A stretch of 64,000 nt of DNA, from contig DASSOZ010000008.1 of NCBI GenBank assembly GCA_035700105.1, positions 3,385 through 67,384 on the forward strand. The letters are read 5' to 3'. Position numbers and translations under genes: made by a program. The notes beneath the pieces were generated by a model. It had not been told where the DNA came from, ran no database searches, and was given only the letters and a program-made list of their open reading frames with translations. Position 1 is the stretch's first letter, and each line of letters starts with the position of its first letter. The stretch comes from Acidimicrobiales bacterium (GTDB taxonomy: Bacteria > Actinomycetota > Acidimicrobiia > Acidimicrobiales > DASSOZ01). Shown piece after piece: positions 26,186-35,739 of this stretch.

Positions 26186-27301
26186 TCAGAAGGCCGACTC
26201 GAGGATCTCCCGTGCGCCGGCGCCGCCGACCTCGCGCACGTTGGCGCGGACCGTGGCGCTCGACTCCGCGAGCCGGATGACGGCCTCGAGATCGTCGTCG
26301 TCGACGCCCACGTCGGACAGGCGCGCCGGCAGCCCGATGCGGTCGCGCAGGAGGTCGATGGCCGCCGCGGCGTCGTGCGACCCGAGCGCGGCGCCGATGC
26401 GCTCGACGGCCTCCGGCACCGCGACGGCGTTGAACCGCACCGAGTGCGCGAGCAGGATCGCGTTCGCGAGTCCGTGCGGGATGCCGGTGCGGCCGCCGAC
26501 GAGCTGTGACAACCCGTGGTGCACGCCCATCGCCGCGTTCTGGAGGCACCGCCCGCCGAGCACCGCGCCGGCGAGCATGTCGGACCGGCACGCCACGTCG
26601 TCGGGGCGCTCGACGACGGCGGGCAGCGCGGCGGCGATGCGCGACAACCCGGCGAGCGCGATCGCCTCGGCCTCTGGTGTGCGCGACGGTGACCACACCG
26701 CCTCGACGCAGTGCGCCAGCGCGTTCATGCCGGTCTCGGCGGACACGCGCGCAGGAACGTCGAGCGTGACGTCGGGGTCATAGAGCGCGACGGCGGGCGC
26801 GATCGTCGGGCCGCCGGCGCCGGACTTCCGCTTCGCGGCCTCGTCGGTCATGCCGAAGAACGGCGTGAGCTCGGCGCCCGAGTACGTCGTCGGGATCGAC
26901 ACGTGCGGGAGTGCGGGCCGGTCGAAGAACGACGCGCCCGGCGTGCCCGACTCGTGCTCGGTGAAGAAGCACACCGCCTTTCCCAGATCGGCGCACGATC
27001 CACCACCGAACGACACGACGGCGTCGACGCCCTCGCGGCGCGCCAGCGCCATGGCCTCCTGCACCGACGACGTCGGCACGTGCGACCGCACGCCGTCGTA
27101 CACCTCGGCGAGCGCGGCGCCGAGCGCCCGCACGACCCGGTCCCCCGCGGTCGACCGGCGGCGACCTGGCGTCGTGACGAGCAGCACGCGGCGGCCGCCG
27201 AGGTCCTTCACCGCACGGCCGGCCTCGCCGGCGACGCCGCGGCCGAACCGGATCTGCTGCGCGAAGCCGGTGTGGGTCCACGCCGCGCCGACGTCGCTCA
27301 C
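26186..27301 (-). CDS. iron-containing alcohol dehydrogenase family protein (maleylacetate reductase-like)
   Basis: ORF 26186..27400 trimmed to GTG 27301. VVSFGGGSCADLGKAV, GMNALAHCVEA, HHGLSQLVGGRTGIPHG. Confidence 0.85.
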   Translation of the reverse strand: MSDVGAAWTHTGFAQQIRFGRGVAGEAGRAVKDLGGRRVLLVTTPGRRRSTAGDRVVRALGAALAEVYDGVRSHVPTSSVQEAMALARREGVDAVVSFGGGSCADLGKAVCFFTEHESGTPGASFFDRPALPHVSIPTTYSGAELTPFFGMTDEAAKRKSGAGGPTIAPAVALYDPDVTLDVPARVSAETGMNALAHCVEAVWSPSRTPEAEAIALAGLSRIAAALPAVVERPDDVACRSDMLAGAVLGGRCLQNAAMGVHHGLSQLVGGRTGIPHGLANAILLAHSVRFNAVAVPEAVERIGAALGSHDAAAAIDLLRDRIGLPARLSDVGVDDDDLEAVIRLAESSATVRANVREVGGAGAREILESAF

Positions 27302-27849
27302 AGGACCGCGGTTCCCCGCTCGGCGCCGAACTCCACGACGCGCAGCGCGCTGCCATCGTGCTCGAGCACCGTGACCGAGCAGTTGTCCGGACGGAAGCAC
27401 ACGAGCCGGTCGTCGGCCGTCGCCGTGCCGACGGCGGCGTTGATGGCGACGAAGTGCGTGACGACAACCGTGTCGTCGCGCATCGCGAGCAGGGCGTCGA
27501 CGACGTCACGCCGCCAGCCGCGCAACGCGTCGTCGAGGTCCGCCCAGCGGCCGGCGAGCACGCCGACCAGCCACGCCTCGCGACTGGCGAGGTCGTCGGT
27601 CGGCGACGGGATCTCCCCCACGGCGGCGTCGACCCGTGGCACGACGTCGGGCCACACGTCGCCGAACGCGCCTGCCGTCTCGAGCGTCCGGCGCAGCGGG
27701 GACACGACGATTGGCAGCGGACCGAGCGGGGCCAGCGACTCGGCAACGGCGGCGGCCTGGGCGCGGCCCACGTCGTCGAGCCCCGGGTCGTGGTCGGCGC
27801 CCCAGCCGGCGGCCGCCTGCCCGTGGCGCACCAGATGGAGTCGGGTCAC
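27298..27849 (-). CDS. histidine phosphatase (phosphoglycerate mutase-like) family protein
   Basis: GTG 27849: VTRLHLVRHGQAAAGW (RHG motif)...VVTHFVAINA. GTGA overlap with the downstream gene. Confidence 0.8.
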   Translation of the reverse strand: MTRLHLVRHGQAAAGWGADHDPGLDDVGRAQAAAVAESLAPLGPLPIVVSPLRRTLETAGAFGDVWPDVVPRVDAAVGEIPSPTDDLASREAWLVGVLAGRWADLDDALRGWRRDVVDALLAMRDDTVVVTHFVAINAAVGTATADDRLVCFRPDNCSVTVLEHDGSALRVVEFGAERGTAVL

Positions 27850-27853
27850 GCGA

Positions 27854-28660
27854 TCACGGCACCAGCAGGTCGTCGTACCAGTCGTCGGGTGCCCGCGCCG
27901 GCACCCCGCGACGGATGAACCACTCGCGCCCGAACTGGTCCTCGAACACCTCGTCGGGCATGGCGAGGAAGAACGACGTGTCGGCGATCTGGCTGCCGTG
28001 CGCTCGCATCGACGCCCGCTTGCGGTCGGCGAGGTCGCGGACGTCGATGGCGTGGGTGAGCTGGTCCTCGGGGACGCCGAGCGAGTCGATGAACGGGTCG
28101 TCGGGCGCGGCGTCCATGTCGGGCGTGATGACACCGGCCTCGCGGGCCGCGGCGATGCCGCGCTTGACATGGTCGCGGTTCATCGTCGCCTCGTACACCT
28201 TCGCCGTCCCGGCGAGGTCGGCGGCGCGGACGCCGACGCGGTGCACCTGGATGTGGTCGGGGTGCCCGTAGTTGCCGTTCTCGTCGTAGACGACGAGGAC
28301 GTCGGCCGACTCTTCGCGCAGCAGATCGGCGAGCCGGGCGGCGGCGTCGTCGATGTCGGCCTGCCAGAACGACTCCGGCGCCTCGTTCTCGGGCGTGCCC
28401 ATCATCCCCGAGTCGACATAGCCGAGGAACGCGAGACGCGCCGCGCCGAGGACGTCCGCCGCCGCGTGCACCTCTTTCATCCGGCGCTCCCACAGCGCCT
28501 CGCCGTCGTCGAGGTAGCCGTCGGGCACCTCGCCGTGCTCCCCCCTGGTCGCGTACACGAGGACGACGCGGTGCCCGGCGTCGGAGTAGCGGGCGATCAC
28601 GCCACCCGTGACGATGCACTCGTCGTCGGGGTGCGCGTGGAAGCAGACGATCGTCGCCAT
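27854..28660 (-). CDS. PIG-L/LmbE family N-acetylglucosaminyl deacetylase
   Basis: CFHAHPDDECIVTGG and YGHPDHIQVH motifs. Confidence 0.85.
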   Translation of the reverse strand: MATIVCFHAHPDDECIVTGGVIARYSDAGHRVVLVYATRGEHGEVPDGYLDDGEALWERRMKEVHAAADVLGAARLAFLGYVDSGMMGTPENEAPESFWQADIDDAAARLADLLREESADVLVVYDENGNYGHPDHIQVHRVGVRAADLAGTAKVYEATMNRDHVKRGIAAAREAGVITPDMDAAPDDPFIDSLGVPEDQLTHAIDVRDLADRKRASMRAHGSQIADTSFFLAMPDEVFEDQFGREWFIRRGVPARAPDDWYDDLLVP

Positions 28661-28661
28661 G

Positions 28662-29798
28662 TCAGGCGATCGCCCCCGCCTCCCGGAGCTTGGCGATGTC
28701 GCCGGACGAGAAGCCCCACGCGGCGAGCGCCGCGTCGGTGTCGGCGCCGGGCAGCGACGGTGGACGGTGCAACGCCGTCTGCGTCTTCGAGAAGCGCGGC
28801 GCCGGCGCCGGCTGGTCGACGCCCCACTCGTTGACGATCGTCGAGCGCGCCGCGATGTGCTCTTGCGCCAACGCCTCGCCCGGCGACAGGACGGGCGCGA
28901 CGCACGCGTCGGTGCCCTCGAAGATCGCCCACCAGTCGTCGCGCGTCTTCGTCTTGAACAGGCCGGCGAAGCGTTGCTTCATCGCCGGCCACTGCGAGCG
29001 GTCCATCTGGTGCGGCAGCGACGCGTCGCCCTCGAGGCCGAGTCCCTTGACGAGTTCGGCGTAGAACTGCCCCTCGATCGCGCCGACGGCGATCCACTTG
29101 CCGTCGGCGCACTCGTACACCTCGTAGAACGGCGCGCCGGTGTCGAGCAGGTTCGTGCCGGGCGCCTCGGTGTCCCAGATGCCCATGCCGCGGAACGCCC
29201 ACTCCATCGTCATGAGCGACGCGGCGCCGTCGACCATCGCTGCGTCGACGACCTGCCCTTCACCGCTGCGCTGCGCGTGCAGCAGCGCGGCGAGCACGCC
29301 CATGACGAGGAACATCGACCCGCCGCCGAAGTCGCCCACGAGGTTCAGCGGCGGCACCGGACGCTCGCCCTGACGCGTGAAGTTGTGCAGCACGCCGGCG
29401 AGGGCGATGTAGTCGATGTCGTGGCCGGCGGTCTGCGACAGCGGCCCTTCCTGGCCCCAGCCGGTCATGCGGCCGTAGACGAGACGCGGATTGCGCTCGT
29501 GACACGCGTCGGGACCGAGGCCGAGCCGCTCCATCACACCGGGGCGGAAGCCCTCGATGAGTGCATCGGCCTGCTCGACGAGGCGCAGGACGGTCTCGAT
29601 GCCGTCGGCGTTCTTGAGGTCCACGGCGATCGACGGCCGGCCGCGGTTGAGCACGTCCCTGTCGCCGCCGAGCGACGACGCGTTCGGCCGGTCGACGCGT
29701 ACGACGTCGGCGCCGAGGTCCGAGAGCAGCATCGCCGCGTACGGGCCGGGCCCGATGCCGGCGATCTCGATGATCCTGAATCCTGCGAGGGGTCCCAC
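28662..29798 (-). CDS. CoA-transferase family III protein (CaiB/BaiF; alpha-methylacyl-CoA racemase-like)
   Basis: GPLAGFRIIEIAGIGPGPYAAMLLSDLGADVVRVDRP..EGFRPGVMERLGLGP. Confidence 0.9.
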   Translation of the reverse strand: MGPLAGFRIIEIAGIGPGPYAAMLLSDLGADVVRVDRPNASSLGGDRDVLNRGRPSIAVDLKNADGIETVLRLVEQADALIEGFRPGVMERLGLGPDACHERNPRLVYGRMTGWGQEGPLSQTAGHDIDYIALAGVLHNFTRQGERPVPPLNLVGDFGGGSMFLVMGVLAALLHAQRSGEGQVVDAAMVDGAASLMTMEWAFRGMGIWDTEAPGTNLLDTGAPFYEVYECADGKWIAVGAIEGQFYAELVKGLGLEGDASLPHQMDRSQWPAMKQRFAGLFKTKTRDDWWAIFEGTDACVAPVLSPGEALAQEHIAARSTIVNEWGVDQPAPAPRFSKTQTALHRPPSLPGADTDAALAAWGFSSGDIAKLREAGAIA

Positions 29799-29809
29799 GG
29801 CGGGCGACC

Positions 29810-30811
29810 CTATTGCGGCCCGGCGCCGGTCAGGAAGCGGCGGGTGTTCTCGGCGAACATCGCGTCGATCGTGGCGTCGTCGATGCCGCGGTCACGCAGC
29901 AGCGGCAGGAAGTCGGTGAACACGTACGTGTGCGGCCGCCGGTACATCTGCTCGTAGATCGTCGGCAGCATCTGCTCGAACGCCTCCTGCATCGCCGGCG
30001 GGATGGGGTACGGGAACTTCGGCGACGCCAGGCAGCACATGTGGTCCTGGCTGAGCAGCACGTGACCGACGAGTCCGGCGTCGACGATCGCTTTGATGCA
30101 GTCGGCGCGATGCTCGTCCGGCGCGAGGAACAGGCCGATGCGGTCGATGCCGACGAACGACCCGCGCCGCGCGATCTCGAGGTGCTGATCGGCGCTGTCC
30201 GCCTGGTCCTGGTGACCGATGAGCGCGTGGCCGAGGTCGACGCCGTGCTCGGCGAGGATGTCCTGCTGGACGTCGCCGCCCTGGCTGTTCTCGCAGTGGC
30301 TGACGACGGGGAGCCCCGACTCCTTCGCGGCGATCGCCGCGCCGTGCAGGAACTTGCGGTCGGAATCGGTGGGCGGCGCGCCGGACGCGATCTTGATGAC
30401 GCCGGGCTTGATGCCGGTCTCGCCGATGCCGTTGGCGATCTCGTGGAGGAGGAACTCGGCGACCTCCTCGGGGCTGCGGACGCGCCAGTAGTACGGATGT
30501 CCGATGGCGTCGTGCTCGTGGTAGAAGCCGGTCGAGCAGACGACGTGCATGCCCGACTGCTGCGCGACCTCGGCCATCAGTTCCGGATCGCGGCCGAGCT
30601 CGATCGGACACGGGTCGACGAACGTCTTCACGCCGTGCTCCTGCAGCTGATGCATGCGCTCGACGCTCGTGGCGATGCAGTCGGCCCGGTTCCACGAGTA
30701 CGACGGGTCGAGGTGGTCGCCCGCGTACGAGATCCGGATGTGTTCGTGGACGAGGACGCGCCCGAGGTCGCTGTCGTCGACGGGTCCGAGAACCGTCTGC
30801 ACGTGAGTCAT
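29810..30811 (-). CDS. phosphotriesterase-family (PTE/PHP) metal-dependent hydrolase
   Basis: ORF 29810..31795 trimmed to ATG 30811: MTHVQTVLGPVDDSDLGRVLVHEHIRISY (HxH)...GVIKIAS...VVSHCEN...IGHQD..SQDH. Confidence 0.85.
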   Translation of the reverse strand: MTHVQTVLGPVDDSDLGRVLVHEHIRISYAGDHLDPSYSWNRADCIATSVERMHQLQEHGVKTFVDPCPIELGRDPELMAEVAQQSGMHVVCSTGFYHEHDAIGHPYYWRVRSPEEVAEFLLHEIANGIGETGIKPGVIKIASGAPPTDSDRKFLHGAAIAAKESGLPVVSHCENSQGGDVQQDILAEHGVDLGHALIGHQDQADSADQHLEIARRGSFVGIDRIGLFLAPDEHRADCIKAIVDAGLVGHVLLSQDHMCCLASPKFPYPIPPAMQEAFEQMLPTIYEQMYRRPHTYVFTDFLPLLRDRGIDDATIDAMFAENTRRFLTGAGPQ

Positions 30812-30836
30812 GGGCTCGGAACGTAGCCTTCCGCCC

Positions 30837-31313
30837 ATGGCGCCCAACGGCTCGCTCGACGGTCTCGACGCCCGTCTGGTGCGAGCGCTGTCAGAGACGC
30901 CTCGCGCCGGCATCATGGAACTCGCCCGCCAGCTCGGTGTGGCGCGGGGCACGATCCAGGCGCGGCTCGATCGCTTGACCGCACGCGGGATCATCGTCGG
31001 CTTCGGGCCGGACCTCGACCTCCCGTCGCTCGGGTACGGCGTGCTGGCGTTCTGCACGCTGGAGATCGCGCAGGGCCGGCTCGACGACGTCGTGTCGCAC
31101 CTGCGGGAGATACCGGAGGTGCTGGAGGCGCACGCGATCACCGGTCCCGGTGACCTGCACTGCCGTGTCGTCGCGCCGACGAACGAGGAGCTCCAGCACG
31201 TCATCAACCGGATCCTCGAGGTGCGGGGCATCGACCGGTCGACGACCGTCATCGCGCTGTCGGAGCAGATCGGCTTCCGCACGCTGCCGCTCGTCTCGCA
31301 CGCGGCGTCGTGA
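30837..31313 (+). CDS. Lrp/AsnC family transcriptional regulator
   Basis: LDGLDARLVRALSETPRAGIMELARQLGVARGTIQARLDRL (HTH) plus a RAM domain. The ORF track start 30810 shares CATG with the divergent PTE start. Confidence 0.85.
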   Translation: MAPNGSLDGLDARLVRALSETPRAGIMELARQLGVARGTIQARLDRLTARGIIVGFGPDLDLPSLGYGVLAFCTLEIAQGRLDDVVSHLREIPEVLEAHAITGPGDLHCRVVAPTNEELQHVINRILEVRGIDRSTTVIALSEQIGFRTLPLVSHAAS

Positions 31314-32350
31314 GCGAGCCGGCGTCGGTCGTCCGCGCCACCGCCCCCGGCCGCGTCAACCTCATCGGCGACCACACCGACTACACGGGCGGCTTCGTGC
31401 TGCCGATGGCGATCGACCGTTCCGTCGTCGTCGAGGGCCGCCGCGGCGGGCGGGTCGTGCGGTTGCGCTCGCGCTCGGAGTCGGGGGAAGCGGCGTTCCC
31501 GCTGACCGTCGAGAACCCCGGCGCGATCTTCCCGCCGTGGGCGCGCTACGCCGCCGGTGTCGCGAAGACGGTCACCCCCCGCGTCGGCTTCGACGGGGAG
31601 ATCCGCTCGACCGTGCCGGTCGGCGCCGGCCTGTCGTCGAGCGCTGCGCTGTCGGTCGCGGTCGCGCTCGCGTTCGGCTTCGAGGGGACCGCGCTCGAGC
31701 TCGCCCAGGCGTGCCAGACGGCCGAGCACGTCGCGACCGGCGTGCCGTGCGGGATCATGGACCAGCTCGCGTCCGCAGCAGGCGTCGCCGGCCACAGCTT
31801 GTTGATCGACTGCGCGGCGTTGTCGGTCTCGCCGGTGCCGATGCCGGAGGGGGTCGACGTGTGGGTGCTGCGGGCAGGCGGGCCACGGCGGTTGGTCGGC
31901 TCGCCGTACGCCGAGCGCCGTGCGCAGTGCGAAGCCGCATCAGCCGTCGTCGGGCCGCTGCGCGACGTGGCATCGGTGTCCGCGCTCGACGTGCTCGACG
32001 ACGCGTTGCTGCGCCGTCGAGCGCGTCACGTCGTGACCGAGAACGACCGCGTGCTCGCGTGCGCCGACGCGCTGCGGCGGGGCGACATCGTCTCCGCGGG
32101 CGCGCTGATGACCGAGTCACACGTGTCGCTGCGCGACGACTTCGACGTGTCGACCGACGCGCTGGACGCGGCGGTCGCACGGTTGACGTCGACGCCCGGG
32201 GTGCTCGGTGCGCGCCTGACCGGTGCGGGCTTCGGTGGGTCGGTGGTGGCGCTGGCGGAGTCCGGTGCTCGCGTCGGCGAGGACGCGTGGCGCGTCGTCG
32301 CCGTGGGTGGTGCGACCGTCGAGGAGATCGGCGGCGGCTCGTCGCTCTAG
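31310..32350 (+). CDS. galK: galactokinase
   Basis: APGRVNLIGDHTDYTGGFVLPMAI signature and GHMP motif VPVGAGLSSSAALSVA. GTG 31310 overlaps the regulator stop (GTGA). Confidence 0.9.
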   Translation: MSEPASVVRATAPGRVNLIGDHTDYTGGFVLPMAIDRSVVVEGRRGGRVVRLRSRSESGEAAFPLTVENPGAIFPPWARYAAGVAKTVTPRVGFDGEIRSTVPVGAGLSSSAALSVAVALAFGFEGTALELAQACQTAEHVATGVPCGIMDQLASAAGVAGHSLLIDCAALSVSPVPMPEGVDVWVLRAGGPRRLVGSPYAERRAQCEAASAVVGPLRDVASVSALDVLDDALLRRRARHVVTENDRVLACADALRRGDIVSAGALMTESHVSLRDDFDVSTDALDAAVARLTSTPGVLGARLTGAGFGGSVVALAESGARVGEDAWRVVAVGGATVEEIGGGSSL

Positions 32351-32520
32351 CCGCGGGCCTCGTCGTCCTCGTCGACCGGGACCTCCTGGCTCTGCTCGAG
32401 CGCGTCGGCCTCGGGCGCCTCGGCATCGCGCGTCTCCGGCCGGGGCGTGGACGTGGTGGAAGGCGCGGTGACCTCCTGCGCCTGCTCCTGGGCGTCGGCG
32501 TCGGGGACCTCGGATTCCAT
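32347..32520 (-). CDS. 57-aa acidic protein (candidate)
   Basis: Not in ORF track. MESEVPDADAQEQAQEVTAPSTTSTPRPETRDAEAPEADALEQSQEVPVDEDDEARG; GC3 is nearly uniform. Lies 30 nt downstream of the bPH/SHOCT gene. Stop shares CTAG with the galK stop. Confidence 0.4.
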   Translation of the reverse strand: MESEVPDADAQEQAQEVTAPSTTSTPRPETRDAEAPEADALEQSQEVPVDEDDEARG

Positions 32521-32549
32521 GGTCCCTGTCTACTCCGTCCGCACGGCGC

Positions 32550-33191
32550 TCAGAGCTGGTCGAGGAGCTTCGTCTTCTTGGCGTCGAACTCCGCCTGCGT
32601 GATCACGCCGCGGCGACGGAGGTCGTCGAGGCGGTCGAGCTGGTCGGGGATCGACGTCGACGCCCCGGCGCCGGCCGCGGCGGCGTGCGCGCCGGCGATG
32701 CGATCGGCGTCACGAGCCTGGGCGGCCTCGATCTCGCGGTAGATGATGTTCTGCACGGTCGCCGGTTTGCGGATGTCGCTGAACGTCTGCTGGCCGCGTT
32801 CGCCACCCGATTCGATCATCAGGTCGCCGGCGCCGATCATCCGCTCCCAGATCGACTGGTGGAACGAGATGTCGTTCAGGCGCTCGAGCGGGATCTCCTT
32901 GCCGTGCTTGGCGATCACACCGCTGCGGTGGATCAGGCGGTCGGTCGTCACGACGAAGTTCGTCGTCGACCACTTCGCGTAGCGGGCGAGGAACCAGATC
33001 ATCAGCACGATCCCGATCGCGAGCATCGCCAGCGTCACCGCGTCCGGCGGGTCGAACGCACTCTGGACGGCGATGGACAGCACGATGAACGCGACGAGTG
33101 CGGCGACGGGACCAGCGAGGAACCACCAGTGAGGGCGCAGGTCGAGGACGACGTCCTCCCCCTCGTTGAGGAGCTTCCGCGGGAACGGCAT
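32550..33191 (-). CDS. bacterial PH-domain (bPH_2/YdbS-like) membrane protein with C-terminal SHOCT domain
   Basis: LNEGEDVVLDLRPHWWFL, two TM helices, TTDRLIHRSGVIAKHGKEIPLERLNDISF. C-terminus: LDRLDDLRRRGVITQAEFDAKKTKLLDQL. Confidence 0.8.
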   Translation of the reverse strand: MPFPRKLLNEGEDVVLDLRPHWWFLAGPVAALVAFIVLSIAVQSAFDPPDAVTLAMLAIGIVLMIWFLARYAKWSTTNFVVTTDRLIHRSGVIAKHGKEIPLERLNDISFHQSIWERMIGAGDLMIESGGERGQQTFSDIRKPATVQNIIYREIEAAQARDADRIAGAHAAAAGAGASTSIPDQLDRLDDLRRRGVITQAEFDAKKTKLLDQL

Positions 33192-33217
33192 CGCCGCGAA
33201 GGGTACGGCCGTTCCGT

Positions 33218-34201
33218 TTACGTGTCCCGGATCCAGGTGGCGTAGGTGTTCGTGAACAGCGCCGGCATCCCGCCGGTGTGCAGGAACACGGTCGTCTCGT
33301 CCGGTGCGATGCGGCCGTCACGACGGGCGGCGACGAGGCCCGCCATCGCTTTGCCCGTGTAGACGGGATCGAGGATGAGTCCCTCGAGGCGGGCGGCGAG
33401 GTCGAGCGCCTCGCGCGCCTCCCGCGTCGGCGCGCCGTACCCGTCGCCGTAGTGCTGGTGGTCGATGCGGGCACTGCCGCCTCGCGGCGCGGCGCGACCG
33501 GCGACGCGCGCCGCCTCGGCCGCCTTCTCGGGGACGCGCTCGTCGAGGTCGGGCCGCGTGCCGACGTCGACCCCGAGTACGCGTGCGTGCTCGCCGAGAC
33601 CGGCGACGAGGCCGGCGTGCGTACCGCCGCTTCCGTCGGCGGTGACGACCGTCCCGAGCGCGAGCCCGTGCCGTGCGAGCTGCTCGACGATCTCGTCGGC
33701 GGCGTCGACGTAGCCCAGCGCGCCCGTCGTCGACGCGCCGCCGATCGGCATGGCGTACGGTCGCTTGCCCTCGCTGCGCAGGCGTTCGCACTGCTCGTCG
33801 ATGGCCGCTTCGGTCGCGTAGTAGTCGAGGTCGCCGCCCCACACGATGTCGGCGCCGAGGACGAGGTCGAGCACGACGTTGCCGCTCGGGTGCGACGGCG
33901 GACCGCTGCCGAGGACGACCGTGCAGCCGAGGCCGAGCTTGTTCGCGGCGGCTGCCGTCATGCGGACGTGGTTGCTCTGACGCCCACCACCGGTGACGAG
34001 CGTGTCGGCGCCCTGCGCGACCGCTTCCGCGCACAGGTACTCGAGCTTGCGCACCTTGTTGCCGCCGCCGGCGAGACCGGTGACGTCGTCGCGCTTGACC
34101 AACAGCCGGCCCTCGTCGAACCCGAGGTGCGCGCCGAGGCGGTCGGCGCGCTCGAGCGGCGTCGGCAGCGACGTCGCCAGCGGGATCCGGTCGAAGGCCA
34201 T
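33218..34201 (-). CDS. PLP-dependent 1-aminocyclopropane-1-carboxylate deaminase / D-cysteine desulfhydrase family protein
   Basis: ORF 33218..34594 trimmed to ATG 34201. VKRDDVTGLAGGGNKVRKLEYL (PLP Lys)...GGRQSNHVR...GSGGTHAGL. Confidence 0.88.
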   Translation of the reverse strand: MAFDRIPLATSLPTPLERADRLGAHLGFDEGRLLVKRDDVTGLAGGGNKVRKLEYLCAEAVAQGADTLVTGGGRQSNHVRMTAAAANKLGLGCTVVLGSGPPSHPSGNVVLDLVLGADIVWGGDLDYYATEAAIDEQCERLRSEGKRPYAMPIGGASTTGALGYVDAADEIVEQLARHGLALGTVVTADGSGGTHAGLVAGLGEHARVLGVDVGTRPDLDERVPEKAAEAARVAGRAAPRGGSARIDHQHYGDGYGAPTREAREALDLAARLEGLILDPVYTGKAMAGLVAARRDGRIAPDETTVFLHTGGMPALFTNTYATWIRDT

Positions 34202-34232
34202 CGCGTCGCGGACGGTACCGTGCCCGGTCGCC

Positions 34233-34934
34233 GTGACCGACCGACTCGTGCTCTGGGACATCGACGGGACGCTCATCCGCGGCGGCCCGGTGTCCGGCGA
34301 CGTGTTCGCCTCGGCCGTCGAGCGCGTCATCGGTCGCTCGGCGGCGGCGCACGGCGTGACGATGGGCGGCAAGACCGACCCGCAGATCGCGCACGAGATC
34401 CTCGTCGCGCTCGGCGTCGAGGAGACCGAGGCCGCCGGACACGTCTCGACCGTGATCGGCCACCTCGAGGCCGATCTCGCTGCCGCCGAGTCCGCGCTGC
34501 GGGCCGCCGGGCACGTCCTCCCCGGTGTCGTCGACGTGCTGTCGGCGCTGGCCGACGATCCCCGGGTCGTGCAGTCGGTGCTGACCGGGAACACCGCGGC
34601 GAACGCGGCCGTGAAGCTCGCCGCGTTCGACCTGGCGCGCTACGTCGACATCGACGTCGGGGCGTTCGGCAGCGACGACGCCGACCGTCGCGTCCTCGTC
34701 CCGATCGCCCTCGAGCGTGCGCGGTCGCTCCGGTCGTTCACCGGCTCCGCGTCGGACGTGTGGATCGTGGGCGACACCCCGCGTGACCACGAGTGCGCCG
34801 TCGCCGGCGGCGCACGGTGCCTGCTCGTCGCAACGGGCCGGGTCGGGCGCGACGAGCTGGCCGCGTGCGGTCCGGACGCCGTCGTCGACGACCTGTCCGA
34901 CATCGACGCCGTACTCGCTATCTTGCGCCCGTGA
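34233..34934 (+). CDS. HAD-superfamily hydrolase
   Basis: GTG 34233: VTDRLVLWDIDGTLIRGG (DxDGT)...VLTGN...WIVGDTPRD. Confidence 0.8.
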   Translation: MTDRLVLWDIDGTLIRGGPVSGDVFASAVERVIGRSAAAHGVTMGGKTDPQIAHEILVALGVEETEAAGHVSTVIGHLEADLAAAESALRAAGHVLPGVVDVLSALADDPRVVQSVLTGNTAANAAVKLAAFDLARYVDIDVGAFGSDDADRRVLVPIALERARSLRSFTGSASDVWIVGDTPRDHECAVAGGARCLLVATGRVGRDELAACGPDAVVDDLSDIDAVLAILRP

Positions 34935-35533
34935 CCGCTGCCGTCGACGCGCTCGTCGCCGCGGTCACCGCCGCGCTCGACGACCCCGCCCTCGACGACG
35001 AGCGGTCGCGGTGCGAGGCGATGCGACCGGCGATGGCGGCGCTGCTCGCCGACCCCGCGCCGATTCCGTCATGGGCGTACGAGCCGCTGCCGGACGGCTC
35101 GGCGGTCGGCAACCTGCTGCACGCCGATGCCGGCGGGCGGTTCCACGTCCTGGCCGTCGTGTTCCCGGAGGGTACGTCGAGCGGCGTCCACCACCACGGC
35201 TGCTGGGGCGTGATCGGTTACCTGCGCGGCGGCGACGAGGAGACCCGCTACCGCGGCGACGACGTCGCGTCGTCGGGCGTCGCCCTCGACGAGGCGTCAC
35301 GCCACGTCTGGCACCAGGGCGACATCACGTACCTGTTGCCGTCCGTCGGCGACGGCTGGCACCGCGTCCGCAACCCCGGCCCCGGCGACGGCGTCAGCGT
35401 CCATGTGCTGTGCCGGAGCCCGGCCGACCACCCGCACCGGTACTGGGACCGGTCGACCGGTGACGTACTCGACTTCCCGTTCGTCGAGGTCGCGCCCGGG
35501 CGGTGGCGAGCCGAGCTCAGTCCTTCTTCCTGA
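34931..35533 (+). CDS. cupin-fold protein, cysteine dioxygenase type I-like
   Basis: GTG 34931 (GTGA overlap). SSGVHHHGCWGVIGYLRGGDEE...GDGWHRVRNPG. Assigned on the His pattern only. Confidence 0.6.
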   Translation: MTAAVDALVAAVTAALDDPALDDERSRCEAMRPAMAALLADPAPIPSWAYEPLPDGSAVGNLLHADAGGRFHVLAVVFPEGTSSGVHHHGCWGVIGYLRGGDEETRYRGDDVASSGVALDEASRHVWHQGDITYLLPSVGDGWHRVRNPGPGDGVSVHVLCRSPADHPHRYWDRSTGDVLDFPFVEVAPGRWRAELSPSS

Positions 35534-35735
35534 GGTCGACACGCAGGGTGAGCACGCCGTCGTCGAGGGTGCCCTCGGCGTCGCCGATGATGGCGAAGTC
35601 CATGTAGTCGGTGCGGGCCTGCTCGATGAACCGGTCGCGCTCGGCGCCGGCGACCGGCGGCAGCGGCCGCCCCTTCACGGCGTGGGCGCGATCGCGGAAG
35701 CGGGCGATCAACGCGTCGACATCGAAGTCCGGCAT
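35517..35735 (-). CDS. hypothetical 72-aa protein
   Basis: MPDFDVDALIARFRDRAHAVKGRPLPP...; high GC3. Lies directly downstream of def. Confidence 0.5.
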   Translation of the reverse strand: MPDFDVDALIARFRDRAHAVKGRPLPPVAGAERDRFIEQARTDYMDFAIIGDAEGTLDDGVLTLRVDLRKKD

Positions 35736-35739
35736 CGCT

